In this document: piece by piece, positions 1 to 11,100 of the stretch
Position numbering within the stretch: position 1 is the stretch's first letter
Layout: every line of letters starts with the position of its first letter
From: Octopus bimaculoides
Lineage: Eukaryota
Reading direction: 5' to 3'
NCBI RefSeq assembly: GCF_001194135.2
Contig: NC_068982.1
Span: 168,021,681 to 168,061,856 of the forward strand
Length of the DNA stretch: 40,176 nt
The notes under the pieces: generated by a model
Seen by the model: only the letters and a program-made list of their open reading frames with translations
Told to the model about the DNA's origin: nothing
Databases searched by the model: none
Translations under genes and position numbers: made by a program

Positions 1-47
<47 letters not shown>
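1..47. repeat. (TG)n microsatellite (runs off window start)
   Basis: Direct reading. Confidence 0.98.
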
Positions 48-52
<5 letters not shown>

Positions 53-199
53 TATAGCATCAATTAAATAACAAATGAAACCTAACACACAGCAGCCATC
101 AACTAGAACATCACTCCTCTCATACAACAGTTCCATACAAAAATTATCCTCGCTGTTACCACTGAACAACAAAATACATAAAACAAGGTATTTGATGAA

Positions 200-880
200 T
201 ACAAACAACAGCCAACCTTCACTTCGACATTCTTGCTAAATATACGTGGCACCAACCCATCACGCAATGCCAAAAATATGAAAAAGGAAGGTTCCATACA
301 TAATAAGTTGGCTAGCTGAAATGGAACAATATATTTTTTCCTGCTAGCGGAAATCCACCTAATCAACACTCACATACATGCCGAGCTGAAAATAAAAATT
401 TTACCATCACCAGTGCAGATCGTAAAGACCGAAATAATGGAGGGTCCGACATTTTCCCCCATGATTCCTTTGCCATGGATGTCAAGGACATATTTCCTAA
501 TGGCTACAGTGAATCCATATCGCTATTCAACAGAGTTAATGACAGAACTATTGCCGGTCTCTTCAGTCCTCTTCAAGCTCCTCTACCCTTTAAAGGGTGT
601 CTCAACAAAATCAAGTCCTTTCTCCAAAAGTGCAGCTGCGTCAACATATTGCTGATGTGCGATTTTATCCACCCTTATGTGAACTGGCCTACAAATACTC
701 TGAAACCAAGTAGCTGCACTTCACTAGACAAAGCCGCAGCAGACTTACTATTTATTATAATTTAATAGATGAATTTCTCCTAACCCAACTTACACTTCAG
801 CAAACAAGGCAAGACAAAACTATCCTGGATCTGATATTAGCGAACCACTTTATCTCCATCCATAATGTTTCTCTTGAAAT
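200..880 (+). mobile_element. Decayed LINE ORF2 N-terminal APE/EEP endonuclease fragment (CR1/L2/Jockey-like), with stops and frameshifts
   Basis: Manual translation across frames: FLLNIRG...LLAEIHL...AELKI..TSADRKDRNNGG...YSESISL...IAGLFSPLQ...ILLMCDFIHPYVNW...YNLIDEFLLTQ..QQTRQDKTILDLILAN..IHNVSLE. This follows the LINE endonuclease motif order (NxRG, LxETHL, RxDR..GGG, GDFNxP, PTR..LDL). Clade not resolvable by eye. Confidence 0.85.
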
Positions 881-1192
881 ATATACTCACATACACATAT
901 ATATGTACACGTGTATGTCTCTCTTATGTATGTATACGTGTCTGTGCGCGCGCGCGCGCGTGTATTTCAAGGAAACATGCCTAGTACTGTATTCTACATG
1001 CAAAGAGTCAATTGTATAGGTTACATTCACCAACACAGAAACGCCTACATTGTGACTCAAAGAACAGAGTATGTCAGATATGCTACTACGGTAATTCAGA
1101 TCAAAAACTCAAATCACCTTAAAATTAACTTGCATTAATTATCATATATGTCTCTCATTAACTTTCTTCTTTTTAATATTCACATATAAAAT

Positions 1193-1426
1193 AAGGCGGG
1201 CGAGCTGGCAGAAACATTAGCACACCGGGCGAAATGCTTAGCAGTATTTCGTCTGCCGCTACGTTCTGAGTTCAAATTCCGCCGAAGTCGACTTTGCTTT
1301 CATCCTTTCGGGGTCGTTAAATTAAGTACTAGTCACGCACTGGGGTCGATGTAAACGACTTAATCCCTTTGTCTCTGCCTGTTTGTCCCCTGTATGTTTA
1401 GCCCCTTGTGGGCAATAAAGAAATAA
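1193..1426 (+). mobile_element. tRNA-derived SINE (octopus OR-like type), full monomer with ...GGCAATAAAGAAATAA tail
   Basis: Head aaggcgg.gagctggcagaaac.ttagcac (A-box-like), B-box GTTCAAATTC, shared core ccgaggtcgactttgc.ttcatcctttcggggtcg; many homologues in this window. Family name from recall only. Confidence 0.9.
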
Positions 1427-1624
1427 GAAACGTTAGCACGCCTGGCGAAATGCTTAGCAGTAATTCGTTTGTCCATACGTTCTGAGTTCAAATTTCGCCG
1501 AGGTCGACTTTGCCTTTTTCCTTTCGGGGTCGATAAATTAAGTACCAGTTACACACTGGGGTAGATCTAATCAACTGACCCTCTTCCCAAAAACTTCGGA
1601 CCTTGTGCCTAGAGTAGAAATGAA
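1427..1624 (+). mobile_element. SINE monomer lacking the first ~18 nt, fused to the preceding monomer (dimer)
   Basis: Begins gaaacgttagcacgcctggcgaaatgcttagc directly after the AAAGAAATAA tail; ends ccttgtgcctagagtagaaa. Confidence 0.88.
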
Positions 1625-1640
1625 TATTCACACATAAAGT

Positions 1641-1850
1641 CAGGCGCGTGCTGACAGAATCATTAGCATACCGGGAAAAATGCTTAGCAGTATTTCGTCC
1701 GTTTTCTTTTTCTGAGATCAAATTCCGCCGAGGTTGACTTTGCTTTTACTCCTTTCGAGGTCGATAAAATAGGTACAAATTGATAATAGGGGTCGATGAA
1801 ATCGACTTAAATCCCGAAATTGCTGGTCTTGTGACAAAATTTGAAACCAT
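1641..1850 (+). mobile_element. tRNA-derived SINE, same superfamily, ...caaaatttgaaacc tail
   Basis: Head caggcgcgtgctgacagaatcattagca, core ccgccgaggttgactttgc, tail cttgtgacaaaatttgaaacc. Confidence 0.88.
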
Positions 1851-2458
1851 TATTCACATATAAATACATGTACGCACACATACACACATATTTACATGCA
1901 TACCACACACACTCATTCTACGCATTTTGTATAATTCTAAGTTCCTTTACTAGAGATGATGTCAGAAACTTACCGTGCTGATGACGGTTAAGGAGTCAGA
2001 ATTACAGGCATGCTTCTTTCTTTTACGATTTATGAACTTTGGAAAGTTATTGAATCTGGAAATTACCCCCCCCACCCCATCTGAAGTGAAGCTGGTCGTA
2101 ATTGTCAATTGGTAATAATGATAGAGAGATATATTTTTAAAAAATCAAGAATTTATGTTGTGTGATATTGGATCTACCTGTACTTTTCTATGTTTTTCAA
2201 GTACATGATACTAGCCCCTCCGAGTTATTTCCCTTAGCTCATTTTTGTTTATACACTTATATGCACACACGCGCGTGATTATATACACACGCACACACAC
2301 ACACGCACACACACAAACACACACATATTACACACAAACACACATACTTCAACGAGCACGATATCGGCTACTACTAGCGCTAATGCAATTGCCGCCGCCA
2401 CCCCCACTACTACCGCTACTGCTACTTCTACTACAACTACTATGGCGACTAGCACTAT

Positions 2459-2461
<3 letters not shown>

Positions 2462-2512
<51 letters not shown>
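2462..2512. repeat. (GA)n microsatellite following CA-rich and CTA/CCG low-complexity tracts
   Basis: Direct reading. Confidence 0.95.
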
Positions 2513-2514
<2 letters not shown>

Positions 2515-3764
2515 CGGAGAATTCCAAGTGAAAATATGGTCCTTCATTTCGCAAGTGGTAACTATCAACTTTGAAGATGGTGGTCACTAAAATTGAATGT
2601 AGTGAGATATGCAGCTGAGTTGCGCATTGAAAGGCAAGGTGTGACTTAGTTGGCATAATTCCCTTTAATTCTTACAATACTGTGCTGACCAATGTCTTTT
2701 GACTTCGCCACGGGAAATCTAATTACACATAGAGCCGATTCGAAAACACTCGGAGAAATTTTATTAAATCTAATTTTCCACTTGACTCCAAATGAAACAA
2801 GAACTGTATCACGTTTTACATATATATTTCAACTGTTTTCATTTTTATCTACAAAAGAAGAAATATGTATATAATTTTTTTCCGATTATTCTTATCTGTT
2901 TTCTAAGCTTATCTACAGTTATGTTACTGAAACTTCTGAAGCACAATTGAAAGAAATGAAATTTCCAAAGTAGCGTTATCAGTGAATTTACAGTGATTAA
3001 TTGGTGAAATGAAATTTTAAATTAAATTATTTAAAAAATAGTTGATGAAGACAGCATGTGTCGTGTTGTAATTATTTTATGAAGGAAACATAGAAGAGAA
3101 TACGGTTTTCTAAGAACGTTTCTGTCATTTGCAAACCAAGCAGAACGAAAGCAAAAAGTTACACACACATACATCACACATACACAACTACATACACATA
3201 CACATGCACATACACAAATACATACACGTAGATGTATGTTCGTGCACTTGAGTATAAATGCATGCTTGCTTAGTTGCACAGTTTTCTCCGAGACTTTTGT
3301 ACTCTCTTCTATCTGTTGAATCACCACATTGTTTGGTCGGATGTTCCGTTAAGTTTGCTGCTACATCAAGCGTTAAACCTGTGTCTTCAAATATCTAATC
3401 ACACCACCTCTCGGACAGTCTAAAACATGGCCCGGGGATTTTTAGAAGTCTTAGCGTAGATCCATTGGTATGTTGTCATTTGATGGACTTCTATTACAAG
3501 GTCCTTATTTCCTCAATTTCTTATTACAACGGTCATGGTTACATTATGTGACGAGCCTTTCTTACACCCGGATCGTAATGATAAATTCAGTATTTTAAGG
3601 ACCACTTTTCTAAGGTGTAAGATGGGAGAATAATGAACAGTCTCCCTCATATTAATTGGTGAAATGTTTGCTTGGGGTATACAGCTGCCAACATGTCCAG
3701 CTGAGATCAGATTTTCTTTTTTTTAAGCATTATATCTCCCTTCGTAGTAAACTATAAATATTGA

Positions 3765-3900
3765 TTTCATATTTTATCGAAACAGGCTATATGAAAAGTA
3801 AAGTTGACATTATCGGAATTTGAACACAGTACGTAGAGGTGAATGAAATGCTGCTAAGCCTTTTGCCCGACGTGTTAGCGTTTCTGCGAGCACACTGTCT
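3765..3900 (-). mobile_element. Diverged, 3'-incomplete SINE
   Basis: Reverse complement reads ctcgcagaaacgctaacacgtcgggcaaaaggcttagcagcatttc...gttcaaattccgataatgtcaacttt, homologous to 1193-1426. Confidence 0.8.
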
Positions 3901-3916
3901 TTAGTAAGCTATAAAT

Positions 3917-4133
3917 ATTCTTTTCTACTCTAGGTACAAGGGCCGAAAGTTTTAAGGAGAGTGCCAGTCGATTATATCGACTCCAGTGCGTAACTGGTAC
4001 TTAATATATCGACCCCGAAAGGATGAAAGGCAAAGTCGATCTCGGCGGAATTCGAACTCAGAACGGAACGTCAGACGTAATACCGCTAAGCATTTCGCCC
4101 GGCGCGCTAATGTTTCTGCCAGGTCGCCGCCTT
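3917..4133 (-). mobile_element. Full-length SINE with TSD gtaag(c/t)tataaatatt
   Basis: Reverse complement head aaggcggcgacctggcagaaacattagc, B-box-like gagttcgaattcc, tail ccttgtacctagagtagaaaag; flanks near 3904-3918 and 4135-4150 match. Confidence 0.9.
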
Positions 4134-4240
4134 GTAAGTTATAAATATTATAATCATTTCAATGTATGCTAGTGGTGTAGTTAGCGCGTCAGGTTAGATG
4201 TTTGATTTGATTTTTCTTTTCAATATTTGTTCTAATTGAG

Positions 4241-4454
4241 AGGCGGTGAGCTGGCAGAATCATTTGCACACCAGGCAAAAAATGCTTAGCGCATTTAGCC
4301 CGCCTTTCGGTTCTGACTTCAAATTCCGCTGTGGTTAACTTTGCTTTTCATCGTTCGAGGTCGATAAAGTAAGTACCACTTGAACACTGGGGTCGATGTA
4401 ATGGACTTATCCCCTTCTCCCGAGATTGCTGACCTTGTGCCAAAATTTGAAACG
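4241..4454 (+). mobile_element. Full-length SINE with TSD aatatttgttc
   Basis: Head aggcggtgagctggcagaatc; aatatttgttc at 4222-4232 and 4455-4465. Confidence 0.9.
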
Positions 4455-4469
4455 AATATTTGTTCCAAC

Positions 4470-4620
4470 GTACTGCGGTTTCAGTTCAGATCTCACTGAC
4501 GTTACTTTTGTCTTTCATTCTTGTGGTGGCGATAAACAAGTACCGTTCAAGTTCTGGGTCGATGACATCAACCAATGCCATCCCAAGTATTTCAGGTCAT
4601 GTACGCATATTGGAAATAAT
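4470..4620 (+). mobile_element. Highly decayed SINE remnant
   Basis: gttcagatctcactgacgttacttttgtctttcattc...gcgataaacaagtacc...ctgggtcgatg aligns loosely to the SINE core. Confidence 0.6.
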
Positions 4621-4764
4621 TGTGATTATTGAGTTATTCGCTCTGAAATTTGTTTATTTTCCCTTTGACTTGCCCTTCAATTTGAACAGCGAGCATGCAT
4701 AATTCTCCATGTAGACACCATATTCATTACCACCACTCTCGCTTACATTCTCTTTCTCCCTCTT

Positions 4765-4767
<3 letters not shown>

Positions 4768-4805
<38 letters not shown>
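4768..4805. repeat. (CT)n microsatellite
   Basis: Direct reading. Confidence 0.95.
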
Positions 4806-4809
<4 letters not shown>

Positions 4810-5480
4810 CTCTGACTCTTTGTCACTTTCTCTCTAACTTTCGCGCGCACCAATCGTTAAGTTAGTCTCTTGGAGAGCAGTACATAACACGATTACACAC
4901 ACACACACACACAAATAGCTATTCTTCTTTTCTTTTTTACATTATTCCTCCCTTTCATAGTTAACTATAAATATTATAATTATAATTAATATTTCCATTC
5001 TGGATAATCTTCATTTTTTTTTCTATTGACTTCCTCATAAGGCTGAAAATTATGTGCAATTCTTTATGTGTTTTCTGTGTTATAGAACTCTCTTTCTCTT
5101 CCTTACTAACTGAATCGCTCTCTCACACACTCATACTCCTCTCTCTCACTCTGCCTCTCTTTCATTCTCCCTATCTCACTCCCCCTCTCTTTCTCAAGCA
5201 TCAGATTTGATTTTACTCGAAAACAAGTCGTAATGGTTTTTTCTTTCTAACATCATTTCTCCCTTCATAATTAACTATAAATATTATAATAATTATTCAT
5301 ATTTCCCACATTAATGTTTCCTTTATTTTGTTAACTGTCTTGCCCCTCATTTAAACCCTTGTGCGATTGGTTATCTAAATCTCTATCTGCTTTATAAACT
5401 CTCTGACCCACTGCCATCATTTTCCCCCTCACGCTCACATATTAGCACACACAAACACAGACATATACATTTCTCTTTCT

Positions 5481-5632
5481 CTCCCTCTCCCTGCATCTCC
5501 CTCTCCCTGCATCTCCCTCTCCCTGCATCTCCCTCTCCCTGCATCTCCCTCTCCCTGCATCTCCCTCTCCCTGCATCTCCCTCTCCCTGCATCTCCCTCT
5601 CCCTGCATCTCCCTCTCCCTGCATCTCCCTCT
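5481..5632. repeat. 16-bp minisatellite (CTCCCTCTCCCTGCAT) x ~9.5, essentially perfect
   Basis: GCAT recurs at exact 16-bp spacing: 5493, 5509, 5525, 5541, 5557, 5573, 5589, 5605, 5621. Confidence 0.97.
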
Positions 5633-6489
5633 TTTCCCGCCTCTCTCTCACTAAACAACACTCGTTAATTGCAAATAGTATTTTATTTTTTGTTATATTG
5701 TTCTTCCCTTCGTAATTAACTATAAATATTATAATTTTCATAATTACCAACTTGAGTATTCTGCATTCTCTTTATTGTCACTCCCCTCGATTTAAAAACC
5801 ATGTGTAATCTATTCCCCCAAAGCATCCACGTCTGCCACCGTCACCATTTTCTGAAAAGTTTATTATGGTGCTGTGTGTCCCGTGACAAACAAAAACATG
5901 GCGTCAGCTTCATTATGAGAGTGCCAATGCTGGAACCCTATGTTCATACACTAATCTCCAGAATGTATTCTTTATTTTCACCATACCTTTATATATACAA
6001 TTCTTGACTGTAGAAGAATAAATAACTATACTATTTTCAGGTTAGTAAATGAGCCGTTTAATTGATAGCATGTAGCTGTAGATTTTAAGATTAACGTGTG
6101 CTCTAAAACTAGCTTCATAATAGCGTACTAACCCTTCAAGTCAATACATTGCTACGGTAAATCTAGTTCATTCTCTAATGTATACATCCTATTTTAACAG
6201 TGAAGGCATGTAGTGACATTCGGTTAGTATTTTAGCAGCTCTAAGAGTAAAGATTGCATGATTAGTGGGAGATGGGTTTCATCGTTGGTTAATCATGCAG
6301 AATAATTATCAAAATCATTTCAACCTTGACCCCACAATTACCTTTTTGTTTATCAGCGACTCCATTATTTAATATGACCTTTTTTAAAAAAGACTTTAGT
6401 GTCTTCGATACGTGTGTGTATGTACACATATACATATATCTATTTATCCGTCTCTCTCTCCCTTTCTCCCTCTCTTTTTTCTCTCTATT

Positions 6490-6498
<9 letters not shown>

Positions 6499-6577
<79 letters not shown>

Positions 6578-6600
6578 NNNNNNNNNNNNNNNNNGTGTGT
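6499..6600. repeat. Compound (TA)n(TG)n microsatellite with assembly gap
   Basis: Direct reading; N run 6578-6594. Confidence 0.95.
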
Positions 6601-6654
6601 AAAGAGAAAGAGAAGAAGAGAGAGGAGAGAAGGAAAGACATAAGACATCGATAT

Positions 6655-6980
6655 ATATTGTGACTTAGTGCTTACGTTTGTCAGTTCAGGATCCTAATGT
6701 TGTAACTTAGATACTCAGCGACGCGTTGTGTCCTTGAACAAGACATTTTATTTCACGTTGCACCAGTCGACACAAATGGCAAAAAATGAGTTGCACTTGT
6801 ATTTCAAAGGGTCAGCACTACCACTTTCTCTGTCACGCCGAATCTCCCCTCAGAACACCGTTAAGGCTATGAGAGTCTGTGGTGGGCTCAGCCACTTGCA
6901 TGTTAATTTTATGAGCAGGCTGTTCCGTTCATCAGGTGAACTGGAACACTCGTTTTTGTAATTGAAGGAGTCCCAGTTAT
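6655..6980 (+). mobile_element. Second SINE type with CORE-like segment (ttgtgtccttgaacaagacatttt) and a distinct 3' half
   Basis: Shares gtgtccttgaacaagaca.tttatttcacgttgc.ccagt...aaatgagttgc with the reverse complement of 16940-17245; resembles the CORE domain (tgtgaccttgggcaagtcactt). Confidence 0.75.
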
Positions 6981-7921
6981 ATATACATAGGAAGGGTTTA
7001 TTTTTCTTAACGAAGTGTGTTAAGAACGGAATTACATCTTACAATTTCGCTTAAGAAATGGACAAAGACATGAATTCGATTCAATACATTTGTACAGGAT
7101 TTCGCTCGTCATTTGCAGACTTGGATCAAGTTCTTCACATAACTTACAGCTATGGATACGTATTTCGTTAAAACGATAAACTGATATAACTTAACAGCGA
7201 TAATCTGAACTCACTGTATACCCTGATTTTTAGCAGACACGTAGTTTCAACATAAGCTTCTTATTGAAGTGAGGATATAGTGTTATGAGTAGTCACCAGT
7301 TGAGCTGGGGTTGGTGTAATGCGATATAACGCACAAACCCTAACAAACCCCAAACGAGTATAGGTTACAAACTATCATTCACCACGAGGTTTACTATTCG
7401 GGATAATGGTAAAATCTGATCCTTATCCAAGTCATGCCAGTATAAGGCATTCACTCACAGCATACTATTCATGCACTGTTTATCTCAATGGCATCACCAG
7501 TTTCGGTACCACCCTACGCACGCTGGACATTTTGCTCCACTACAGCAACACCCTCTTCTCTAAATCAACTTCAGTTTTATTCCACCTTGTAACCGATACT
7601 TGTTGATGGCTGTCTCACTGATTGGTTTATACACCTGTCATTTACTTATTCATTTATTCTTTCATAATTTATCTGTTTATCCAGTAATTATTCATCTCAT
7701 TCATCCTCTTTATTCTATATTCTAACTATTTATTTAATTGATTCCTTTATCTGACTTTATCTTACTTTGTCTTATTTTACCTTGATTCATTTGGGAGTAC
7801 ATATATAAACGCATTGCACGGAATATGCAGAATGGAAGAAAAATTAGAAGACTCCACCGAAAGAATTGACTAATTTACAAATTTACTGAATTATGCTTTT
7901 AGAAGCGTTGAAATGTCTTAG

Positions 7922-8127
7922 AAAGTTAAAGAAGTGATTTTAAATCCTCAAACGCAGGTTAATGCTAATAATATAGCCTGAACAGGATAGGCTACCCCTA
8001 TTTTGCAGAAAAAACTCTCATAGCTGGCCGCCTACACTTTTTTCTGCAAAAAAGTAGTTTATCCTGTTCAGGCTATATTATTAGCATTTTCCTGCGTTTG
8101 AGGATTTAAAATCACTTCTTTAACTTT
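7922..8127. repeat. Long inverted repeat/foldback: ~90-bp arms (7922-8014, 8038-8127) with ~23-nt loop; possible MITE
   Basis: Left arm aaagttaaagaagtgattttaaatcctcaaacgcagg..aatgctaataatatagcctgaacaggata... is the reverse complement of the right arm with few mismatches. Confidence 0.93.
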
Positions 8128-11100
8128 ACTGAATTATATTTTTTTTAACAGTTGTTTGTTGTCTTTCCTTTCTTTTTCTTATCTATGGTCCCAGTAAAAC
8201 AGGTTGCTTCAAACTACGGAAGTCGTCTTCTTAAAATATAACTAACAATGCTCCATTGCAAGATGTGTACTGACCAATCAAGAACCAGGATTCTACCTAT
8301 AATTTTGCCTGTGACCAAATATGATCAAAGAGAAGTACAGGTCAAAAGATCCAGTCATTAAATGCTGATCGCGAGAAACTCAGAGTATCCAGGTTATCCT
8401 CGTTGCTGCCGACCGTACAAATTATTGACACTTTACTTCCTCTACTTCTAGTATTGAATACTTTATCCTGTTAATTACCACTGACTTACACACACGCATA
8501 CATAATCCACTCGAGTTTCAACATCTTGAGACATTAACAATAAACTACCAGGAAATTTAAGCGCTGTAATAGAGCAATGTAATATAGTAAATAGAAATGC
8601 ATCATACACACCCGATATATATACACCTACAAAGTAATAGTGATCACGGGAATGATCTGTTTCTGGTATAGGTCAGTCTTATTTAGCATGGAAGATAATT
8701 TTCCCACCAACGATAACATCTATTCCAGTTAGAGTGTCCATGTGACGTTCACCCGCTCGCTTGTACCAAACATATGGAATAATGAGGGTTTGTTTAATGC
8801 CTTGTATTCTATGCCGTACAAATTCTGTGTATAAGTGTAAGTATTATGGTTTATTCTTTTGCTAAATATCTAAGAAGGGACTTTTAGGGATGTTTTAGCT
8901 GCTAAGAATGTGCCACTTGAGTAAATACTTAACGGATTACCGAGCTGAATATTAAATTAGGGATATAATTGGCCAGTAATACATCGGCTATCTAACTTCT
9001 AATGAGATTGAGAAAAGAGGCTTCCGGAGAACTTTCGCGGAGTTGACGGTTAATGGATTTTTCAAGGGCTCAGCGTACAAATCCACTGACAATGTTGGTA
9101 ACTAGTTCTCTTCAAGAGATTGACGGACCCAAAGGCTAACTAGAATGAAAGATCAAGTGCTAATCTAGCAGGAATGCAAAACCACTTTAAAACATGAATA
9201 ATCGATACATTGAAAATGTGTTTATTTTCCAAAAGGCTTAACGTAATTATTTGAATTCTTCCAACGAGAGAAACGTTATATCTATTTATATATACATACA
9301 TACATACATACATACATACATGTGTGAATGTGCATATGTACGTGTTTGTGTGTATGCATTACATATATATGAGTAGCGTTACGTGTATAGTCATGTATAT
9401 GTATGTATGTACATACGTACTTACATACAAATTCATGTTTCATATCTCAACATATTTAAAAGGAAAAACTGAGATGTTTAATAAGCCGTTTCATTCCTGT
9501 TAGATTATTTTACTTCATACGATATGATAGTAGACAAAGTATAAAAGAAGACTAATCGAGCAATACAAATCTAATATATAAGGATCGAATAATAATGTAA
9601 TTTTATACGAAAGAGAGAGAAGAATATCAAGTATATAGATTTAAATCATGCAGACTTGCAATTTAGTGCATAAACATAAACTTCATTCTCACCATATGTA
9701 ATCTCTCATATTGGAACTATTTGAAATTAGGTCAAATAATACAGACCTCTGTTAGTTGGTATATGGTTAATAATACTTATCTACACTTTCAATAGGTAGG
9801 GTTTCTGGCTCTACAATAAATGCATTCAGTAATATAACCAGCGGAAATGTATTTGTCTTATATCCAAACATTACTTTGAATTCATATAATCACTTCATTA
9901 TGTAAAGTATTTGTAGCTTCAGAAAGTATTATGTTACCATTAGATATAACAATCAAGTATGGAAAGTAGTTCTAGTTTGAAAGTCAAGCAGTTGTTAGCG
10001 TAATTAGGAAAGAATTATGAATTCGAACTGGAGATGCATTCACTTTTAAATCTCAAGAAAACTGTGGTAGTCGTTCATTTCTAACACAAAATAAGTAATG
10101 TAAGTTAATTAAAAAACATTCTACCGAAGAAACGGCAGAAAAGATGATTTATTACAAAATAAGGGTAGATCCAAAGCCGTGTGCAATATAACAACGTACA
10201 AGATTAGTGAAAGAAAGACATTAGAAATATTACAGTGGCATTTTCCCCTGGTGTTAGGTTGTCTATCGGTACAAAATGGTTATTCATAAAATATAAACAT
10301 ATTGTGTATACACTAGTAACCGCTTTAAACTCCCTATATAGCTGTAAATAGGAACAAATAAAGGGTGGCATTTCCTCGATGTAATTAACAATTCCATTCT
10401 AACAATTACTACATGAGTACTGAGAATGAATGTTTGTGGGAATCCAGGAAAATCAAAGCATTGCAACGTTTACAAGAGAAAATGTTGCAACATTTACAAG
10501 ATAAAGACATACCCTGAAAGTGTATATGTAATCACTTACTATGCCAGAAAGAGTGAGCAATTCTTCCTAAAATCAGACCTTAATGTCTTAAAATATGGGC
10601 ATATTGGATGAATGTGCAAAGGCCACGGTTGGAGTCGTTTGGATTATAACACTGCCTGAAAATGTTGATATGAAGCTGTTGCTTTTGTTAAACAGCATAA
10701 AGCAATAGCCACTTTAAGATGTTGATTTCTTTCATTTTGGAAATAAGAATTATCTACTTATATTAACATTCAAATCGCTGAATTCTGGAGATGACTGAAA
10801 AGAACTCACTCGTAAATGTTGCAGAATAAATGTGTATATACACCAACATGTTTGTATGAACCATTATAAATAGAAAGATCTAGAGAGAATGTTATCTGTC
10901 AGTTTATTTTAAAAGGTAGTTCTTTAGGCTTGTAGTTGATTAAATTGGTAAAAGTTATTCACATCTTTAGATTGACTTCTAGTTATAAAAAAAGGGCAGT
11001 CAACTGAAGATTAAATAAACCAATAAAACAAAAGAAAACAACACTCAAAGCAACTGTGAATTAGAAAATAAATATTCTTTTATCAACTTAATCAACATCA

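Noticed and set aside
103-369. 88-aa hydrophobic ORF on the minus strand
   Set aside because: Antisense shadow of the LINE endonuclease fragment on the plus strand.
1193-1280. tRNA-like A/B boxes
   Set aside because: These are SINE heads; there is no cloverleaf or acceptor stem supporting a functional tRNA gene.
4958-4975. TAACTATAA resemblance to the rDNA homing-endonuclease (I-CeuI) site
   Set aside because: Only 9 AT-rich bases match; no rDNA context.
5392-5750. ORFs with REREMQGEGDAGRGRC repeats
   Set aside because: Translation of the 16-bp minisatellite (3 units = 16 codons); not a CRISPR array either, since there are no spacers.
5888-5916. aaaacATGGCG, a Kozak/YY1-like start
   Set aside because: The frame ends after 6 codons (MASASL*) with no supporting promoter or splice context.
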